Source: Catajapyx aquilonaris (lineage: Eukaryota). From it: 64,000 nt of DNA. The notes under the pieces are model-generated. The model was not told the DNA's origin. It did no database searches and saw only the letters and a list, made by a program, of their open reading frames with translations. The translations under genes and the position numbers were made by a program. The first letter of the stretch is position 1, and each line of letters begins with the position of its first letter. The stretch covers positions 1 through 64,000 of the forward strand of contig KZ538196.1 of the NCBI GenBank assembly GCA_000934665.2, given 5' to 3'. Below, piece by piece: positions 62,570 through 64,000 of this stretch.

Positions 62570-63029
62570 CTGAACAACTACAGAGGGAACGCTTGCGTCC
62601 GTGTCACCCTCTGCACTGCTGAGGGCCACCTTCATCCGCATCAACTGGAGCAGAAACCGGTCACCGACAAGGATGGAAACCCTGTCGATTGCCCCATAGA
62701 AATGGTGGTTAATGAGTCTAACGACTATACTGCCATCTTCCAAGGCATGTGCGTGATACATACGCCTCGTAAAAGACAGATGAAGGACGAGTTCGAAGCC
62801 AAGTTGAGGCAGTATCGGCTAGAGAGGAAGCAGTGGAATGCACCGGGATCTCCACAAGCAAAGCTGACCCTTCAAGAGACGGATGAAGTTCACCAGGACG
62901 CAGACAAAATCATAAAAGAGGCTGATGTAAACAACAGGGTCCACCTAATGTTTGAAGCCTTTTCAGACGAGAGTGGCAGCCGTGTTTCGCTGTGCAAGCC
63001 ACTCTTTTCTAGAGCTGTATTCAACCTGA
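62570..63029 (+). CDS. Rel: Relish RHD exon
   Basis: LNNYRGNACVRVTL...HPHQL...FQGMCVIHT...VHLMFEAF...PLFSRAVFNL; 460 nt, phase 0->1. Confidence 0.95.
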
Positions 63030-63331
63030 GTACGTATTTTTTGGAGGTCACGGATAATTAAAATCGTGGTTATTAGGCCATTCTCACAGATTGATAAATT
63101 GCTGTTGCTGGCATTACATGGCTATTTGTTGCCTGTCACTTCACTTGTAACGAAATGTATGTTGTAAAAGTATTGAGGTCACTTTTTTCTCTCTTCGCAT
63201 ATGAAGGAAAGACGCACTTGGATGCATACTTATGCAACGGTTTTCCCCGATTTTTATTAGGAAAGAGTCGATACTCTGATTCACCTGCTGTAGCTTCCAC
63301 AGCTTGTGACTAATTTACGCTTATTTTTCAG

Positions 63332-63436
63332 AGAGCGTGCAGACTTCCGAGCTCAAGATTGTCTACCTGAGTAGAACAACCGGGAAATGTACTGGAGACG
63401 ATGAGATTTGCATACTGGTAGAAAAAGTTAACAAAA
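63332..63436 (+). CDS. Rel: Relish IPT exon (KSVQTSELKIVYLSRTTGKCTGDDEICILVEKVNK)
   Basis: ttttcAG/GTAAGT; 105 nt, phase 1->1. Confidence 0.93.
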
Positions 63437-63524
63437 GTAAGTTGAATTTTGAGCGTCTCCAGCAGTACCAGTTCACTTCATGTTGCCGTTGTTTGACGTG
63501 TCTCTTTGCTTTTTTTTTTTGTAG

Positions 63525-63633
63525 AAGACATAAAGGTGAGATTCTTCGAGGAAGAGAACGGAGAGGAAGTCTGGCAGGCGGAAGGGAATTTCACGCAGTT
63601 GGGCGTACACCACCAGTACGCCATAGTCTTCAG
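63525..63633 (+). CDS. Rel: Relish IPT exon (KDIKVRFFEE...VHHQYAIVFR)
   Basis: ttgtAG/GTATGC; 109 nt, phase 1->2. Confidence 0.93.
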
Positions 63634-63785
63634 GTATGCACTTTTAAGTTTACAACCACAGATAATTCGCTGCAAAACCTTTTGTAAATTAACTTTTGGT
63701 GTTTGGCATTTTTACGAGGTTGTAACAATAGTTCAAAACTTGTTGTTTGCGGATGCAAAAGTTGAACAAGCTTTTGGTTTTGTAG

Positions 63786-63904
63786 GACACCGCCATACCA
63801 TGACAGAAATCTGACGGTGGAAAAGGCCGTGTTGATGCAGTTGTATCGGCCGAGTGACAAGGCTACCAGTGAAGGGAAGGAGTTTAGGTACCTGCCTGGA
63901 GACC
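63786..63904 (+). CDS. Rel: Relish IPT exon (TPPYHDRNL...LYRPSD...EFRYLP); gene continues beyond the window
   Basis: ttgtAG/GTAAGT; 119 nt, phase 2->1. Confidence 0.93.
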
Positions 63905-64000
63905 GTAAGTACTTCATGAAGAGTAGAAGCGTAAGTCATGAGTAAGAAGGCATGTCATCAAGTCAGCTTCAAGCGAGCATGTGTAAGAGAGCGTACAAAT

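Overview
Eukaryotic genomic DNA with introns, most likely from an arthropod, probably a hexapod. The clues are an interstitial (TTAGG)n array, a Relish-type NF-kB and an insect-type tRNA-derived SINE. Four spliced protein-coding loci can be reconstructed by hand with consistent GT-AG boundaries and exon phases. (1) The 5' three coding exons of TCF/pangolin (minus strand, 10036->5490; the HMG box lies left of the window). (2) A complete 78-aa single-LIM CRIP gene (minus strand, 28624->22393). (3) Head-to-head with CRIP, across a 387-bp spacer with a perfect MEF2/TATA site, a ~26-kb Zasp/PDLIM-related gene. It has an N-terminal PDZ domain, three phase-compatible alternative starts, a Pro/Gln-rich exon, frame-preserving exons mostly carrying an S[RK]xFRxL motif, and two alternative last exons: a ~780-aa acidic tail or a micro-exon ending GESDM, which resembles the alpha-actinin C-terminus. 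(4) The 5' part of Relish (RHD+IPT; plus strand, 58531->end), with clustered kB sites in its promoter and first intron. Introns and intergenic DNA contain many MITEs, Helitron/Helentron-like elements, a SINE and minisatellites. Most short ORFs in the supplied track are spurious. No CRISPR array, rRNA or true tRNA gene was seen. No database search was possible, so family assignments rest on motif recognition.
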